Shown: positions 61,201 through 64,000 of the stretch, in pieces
Layout: each line of letters begins with the position of its first letter
Numbering within the stretch: position 1 is the first letter of the stretch
Source: Scyliorhinus canicula
Taxonomy: Eukaryota
DNA length: 64,000 nt
Assembly (NCBI RefSeq): GCF_902713615.1
Contig: NC_052157.1
Span: forward strand, 147,041,171 to 147,105,170
Reading direction: 5' to 3'
Translations under genes and position numbers: made by a program
The notes under the pieces: model-generated
Told to the model about the DNA's origin: nothing
Databases searched by the model: none
What the model saw: the letters and a program-made list of their open reading frames with translations, nothing else

Positions 61201-61999
61201 CCGCCAACAGCCCTACATCCAGGCGCCACAACGGGCGTTGGTCCCGCGCCTCCCCCATGTCCACGTCCACCCAATGTGGTGCATGGTCCGATATCGCAAT
61301 GGCCGAGTACTCCGTGTCCTGCACTCTCGGTATCAGCCCCCTGTTCAATACGAAAAAATCGATCCTAGAGTACACTCTGTGGACGTGGGAGAAAAAAGAA
61401 TACTCCCTCGCCCTAGGCCTACCAAATCTCCATGGGTCTACCCCTCCCATCTGCTCCATGAACCCCCTTAACACCTCTGCCGCTGCCGGCCTCCTATTCG
61501 TCCTGGAACTCGATCTATCCAGCCCAGGGTCTAACACCGTATTAAAGTCCCCTCCCATGATCAGGCCCCCTGCCTCCAGTCCCGGGATGAGGCCCAGCAG
61601 GCGCCTCATAAAACCCGCGTCGTCCCAGTTCGGGGCATACACATTTACCAGTACCACACTCTCTCCCTGCAGCCTACCCCTCACCATCACGTACCTGCCC
61701 TCCTTGTCTGCCACCACCTCTGCCGCCACAAACGACACTCTCTTTCCCACCAAAATCGCCACCCCCCGGTTCTTGATATCCAAGCCTGAGTGGAACACCT
61801 GTCCCACCCACCCCCTTCTCAGGCGGACCTGATCTGCTACCCTCAAATGAGTCTCCTGCAGCATTGCTACATCAGCCTTCAGTCCCTTCAGGTGTGAGAA
61901 GACCCTTGATCTTTTGACCGGCCCATTCAGCCCCCTTACGTTCCACGTGATCAATCGGGTCGCAGAGCGACCCGTCCCTACTCCCTGTCGATTAGCCAT
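58205..61999 (-). CDS. L1 ORF2p: APE endonuclease, reverse transcriptase and C-terminal Cys/His knuckle (1264 aa)
   Basis: TWNVRGLN, LQETH, GGDFN, SRID and SDH endonuclease motifs; PGPDG, QGCPLSP and YADD RT motifs; C-terminal CxxC...H.FW.C. No stops. Confidence 0.97.
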   Translation of the reverse strand: MANRQGVGTGRSATRLITWNVRGLNGPVKRSRVFSHLKGLKADVAMLQETHLRVADQVRLRRGWVGQVFHSGLDIKNRGVAILVGKRVSFVAAEVVADKEGRYVMVRGRLQGESVVLVNVYAPNWDDAGFMRRLLGLIPGLEAGGLIMGGDFNTVLDPGLDRSSSRTNRRPAAAEVLRGFMEQMGGVDPWRFGRPRAREYSFFSHVHRVYSRIDFFVLNRGLIPRVQDTEYSAIAISDHAPHWVDVDMGEARDQRPLWRLDVGLLADEEVCRRVRTGIENYLGTNDTGEVQVGTVWEALKAVIRGELISIRAHRERKERQERERLVGELLEVDRKYAAAPEEGLLRERRSLQARFDLLTTRKAEMQWRRAQGAAYEYGEKASRMLAHQLRKRDAAREIGGVRERGGDVVQKGQEVNRVFRDFYRELYRSEPPKRRGGMKNFLDKLGFPKVQEELVEGLGAPIELQELIKGIGQMQAGKAPGPDGFPVEFYRKFVDLVGPVLVRAFNEAREGGVLPPTMSQALISLILKRDKDPVQCGSYRPISLLNVDAKLLAKVLATRIEDCVPGVVHEDQTGFVKGRQLNTNVRRLLNVIMMPAVEGEAEIVVALDAEKAFDRVEWEYLWETLERFGFGEGFIKWVKLLYSAPMASVVTNGRRSEYFGLHRGTRQGCPLSPLLFALAIEPLAMALRGSGGWRGLTRGGEEHRVSLYADDLLLYVADPEGGMPEVMGILAEFGDFSGYKLNLGKSEVFVIHPGDQGEGIGRLPFKRAVKSFRYLGVQVAKNWGTLHKLNFSRLVEQMEEEFKRWDMVPLSLAGRVQSVKMTVLPRFLFLFQCLPIFLPRAFFKKVTSSIMGYVWAHGTPRVRRVFLERSRDSGGLALPNLSGYYWAANTSMVRKWMMEGEGAAWKRMERASCGNISLGALVTAPWPLPPTRYTTSPVVAATLKIWGQWRRHRGEVGGLIGAPLRGNHRFAPGNTGGGFQSWQRAGIRQLRDLFIEGRFASLGELEEKFGLPPGNTFRYLQVKAFARRQVAGFPALPDRGVSDRVLSGVWVGEGKISDIYKIMQEVEEVPVEELKDKWELELGEQIEDGTWADALERVNSSSSCARLSLIQFKVLHRAHMTGTRMSRFFGGEDRCIRCSGSPANHAHMFWACPALEEFWKGVAGTVSRVVGSRVKPGWGLAIFGVGVEPGVQEAREAGILAFASLVARRRILIQWRDERPPSVNTWLNDMANFIQLERIKFALRGSVQGFSRRWQPFLDLLDQR

Positions 62000-62842
62000 G
62001 TCTTGTCCCTTGCTCGCCCCGGGTCATCCCTTCTTTTCTGACCCGCTTCCCATAGCGATGGCCCCCCCCCCCCCCCCACCCCCCCCGGCTCTCCCCTTCT
62101 CGTCCCTGGTCTTTCTAGCAGCAACCCGGTGTCCCCCCCCAGGTCCCCCCCCCCCCCCCCCCCCCTGGCTAGGACCCCTCCTAGCCGCGATGTACCCCAC
62201 ATCGTACTCCCGAGAGTCAGCTGGTCTCCGCTGACCCGGCTGCTCCTGCCACATTCCGACTCCTCCCGGTTCACCCCATCTGCGCCCGTGAAAGATCCCC
62301 TTAAAACCCCCGAGAAAGACCCGCATAGTCAACCCGCTCCCCCCCGTCCCGTCTCCCCAACTTAACGATATAAATACAAATACCCAATGGCAACTAAATA
62401 CATAAATACTTAACTACATACTTAAATAACAAAATAATTAACTAACTATCAACTAACAGTGTGCCCAACCATCACCCTCCATCAAACAGTATAAATAACC
62501 GCAGATAACCATAACCCGAAAAGAAAAAAAAGAACAAAAAACCCCCCCAAGCACCCAAAGAAAAAGGGTAAGAGGGGTAAATAACTAAGGGAAATTGGAA
62601 ACGGGAAAAAACACCCCATAAGAAGCCAACGACCCACAATAGAGATTTCAACAGTACAAATATACAGAAACACCCAACAACTCGAAACCTTCAAAATATT
62701 CAGAAAAGTCAACCGTTCGAGAAAAAACACCCCAAACACTCCACGAAACTGTTACCCAGTTCCGACCTGGCCTGAAAAAGAAAAGGGCCACTTGCACAAT
62801 CCAGAGTCCCCCGGCGGCTACGACCGCCGGTGCTCCCAGGTT

Positions 62843-63688
62843 TTAGTTCGTGTCCAACTTTTCCTCTTGTACAAAGGTCCAGGCCTCCTCTGGGGACTCG
62901 AAATAATGATGTTGGTCCTTGTAGGTGACCCACAAGCGCGCCGGTTGCAACATTCCAAATTTGATCTTTTTCGCGTGTAGCACCGCCTTTGTCCGGTTGT
63001 ACCGGGCCCGCCGCTTTGCCACCTCCGCACTCCAGTCCTGGTACACCCTTACCGTCGAGTTCTGCCACTTGCTGCTTTTCTCCCTTTTAGCCCACCTCAG
63101 GACTTTCTCTCGATCACTTAGCCGCTGGAACCGCACCAGCACCGCCCTCGGGGGCTCGTTTGCCCTAGGCCTCCTGGCCATGACCCGGTATGCCTCTTCC
63201 AATTCCAGGGGCGCCGGACCGGCCCCTTCCCCCATCAGGGAGCTCAACATCTCCGCCACATATCCCGGGAGATCCGACCCCTCCAGGCCTTCTTCCAGGC
63301 CCAGGATCCTCAAATTTTTCCTCCTCATCCGAGTGTCCAGCTCCTCGAAGCGGCTCTGCCACTTCATGTGGAGTGCCTCGTGCACCTCCACCTTTGCCCC
63401 GATGACTGTGGCCTCCTCCTCCCTCGCGGCCATCTCCTGCTGCAGATCTTTAATCGACGCCTCTTGGATCGCCTGGGCTCCCACCAACCTGGTGGCCGTC
63501 GCGTTCATGGACTCTAAGAGTTCCACTTTCATCTCCGTGAAAAAACGGAGGAGTGCGGCCTGCTGCTCCTCCGCCCATTTCTTCCACTCCTCCGGTGCAC
63601 CGCCGGCCGCCATTTTGATTTTCTTCCCCCGCTTTTTTTGGGAAGCTGCTGCCGTTTTTCTTGCCGCTCCACTCCGGGTACCGACCAT
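62843..63688 (-). CDS. L1 ORF1p (coiled coil, RRM, CTD; 281 aa)
   Basis: R.RRKNLRILGLEEG.EG, PPRAVLVRF, VYQDWS..V..RR and PARL.V..FESPEEA motifs typical of L1 ORF1p. Confidence 0.93.
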   Translation of the reverse strand: MVGTRSGAARKTAAASQKKRGKKIKMAAGGAPEEWKKWAEEQQAALLRFFTEMKVELLESMNATATRLVGAQAIQEASIKDLQQEMAAREEEATVIGAKVEVHEALHMKWQSRFEELDTRMRRKNLRILGLEEGLEGSDLPGYVAEMLSSLMGEGAGPAPLELEEAYRVMARRPRANEPPRAVLVRFQRLSDREKVLRWAKREKSSKWQNSTVRVYQDWSAEVAKRRARYNRTKAVLHAKKIKFGMLQPARLWVTYKDQHHYFESPEEAWTFVQEEKLDTN

Positions 63689-64000
63689 AAAATCGGTCTA
63701 GTTCTCCTCAGGGGACCTTCCCCCACCGGGATTCGTTTTTTCAGCGCCGTTGGGGCCCTCCAATTGGCCCAAAAACACCTTTGTTGCAGGAGCTTCCAAA
63801 TGTGCGGCTTAGCTAGTCATAGCCGCAACCGGAAGTCCAGTGAGTGTCTTTTATTGAACTCTCTCTGGTGGTTGCTGAAGAAAGCTTAGGCTGATTGCTT
63901 AAGAAGAAGTTGTGGCGGGTGCAACAGAAAGTGTGAAAGGTCCAATGGTGATGCGATTATGTTAGAGAAGCTTTGCCTGGTACTTCCCGAAAGAATGACA

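Larger units (their letters stand above)
57851..63837 (-). mobile_element. Full-length L1-clade non-LTR retrotransposon (about 6.0 kb), antisense, in the intron after the TM exon
   Basis: 15-bp TSD CAGTGAGTGTCTTTT at 57836-57850 and 63838-63852. 5' end (G)GACTTCCGGTTGCGG; 3' AATAAA plus a short poly(A). Empty site TTTT/AT resembles the L1 endonuclease consensus. Both ORFs are intact. Confidence 0.95.

Noticed and set aside
62925-63701. 258-aa antisense ORF overlapping L1 ORF1 (possible ORF0 analogue)
   Set aside because: It starts at GTG, is the GC-rich shadow frame of ORF1, and is broken in the second L1 copy.

Overview
Vertebrate genomic DNA, most likely a shark: V-SINE/HE1-like and DeuSINE-like SINEs, CR1 and fish-type L1 elements are present, but the species cannot be fixed from the sequence. 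I hand-spliced four multi-exon genes, and all exon phases are consistent. RFLNB (+) shows its last two coding exons; exon 1 was not found and is probably upstream of the window. LIAT1/C17orf97 (-) has 2 coding exons and 202 aa. EXO5 (+) has 6 coding exons and about 385 aa, and lies head-to-head with LIAT1 across a CpG-rich, ETS-motif region. A tapasin-family gene (+) runs from signal peptide to TM exon, with its cytoplasmic exon(s) not found in the window. The rest is largely retroelements: one full-length TSD-bounded L1 with two intact ORFs inside the tapasin-like gene, three decayed or truncated L1s, CR1/L2 fragments, about 30 SINEs, a solo LTR, and two Penelope-like palindromes with intact minimal hammerhead ribozyme cores. 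The top leads are: (1) a conserved 13-14 nt inverted-complementary motif pair bracketing L1 ORF2, plus conserved hairpins in the long inter-ORF spacer; (2) a tapasin relative with no free cysteine, outside both known human loci, with an IRF element in its promoter; (3) hammerhead-bearing palindromes; (4) a V-SINE subfamily apparently switched to L1 mobilisation; (5) an intron-rich EXO5. Comparisons with human proteins and loci are from memory and need database confirmation.
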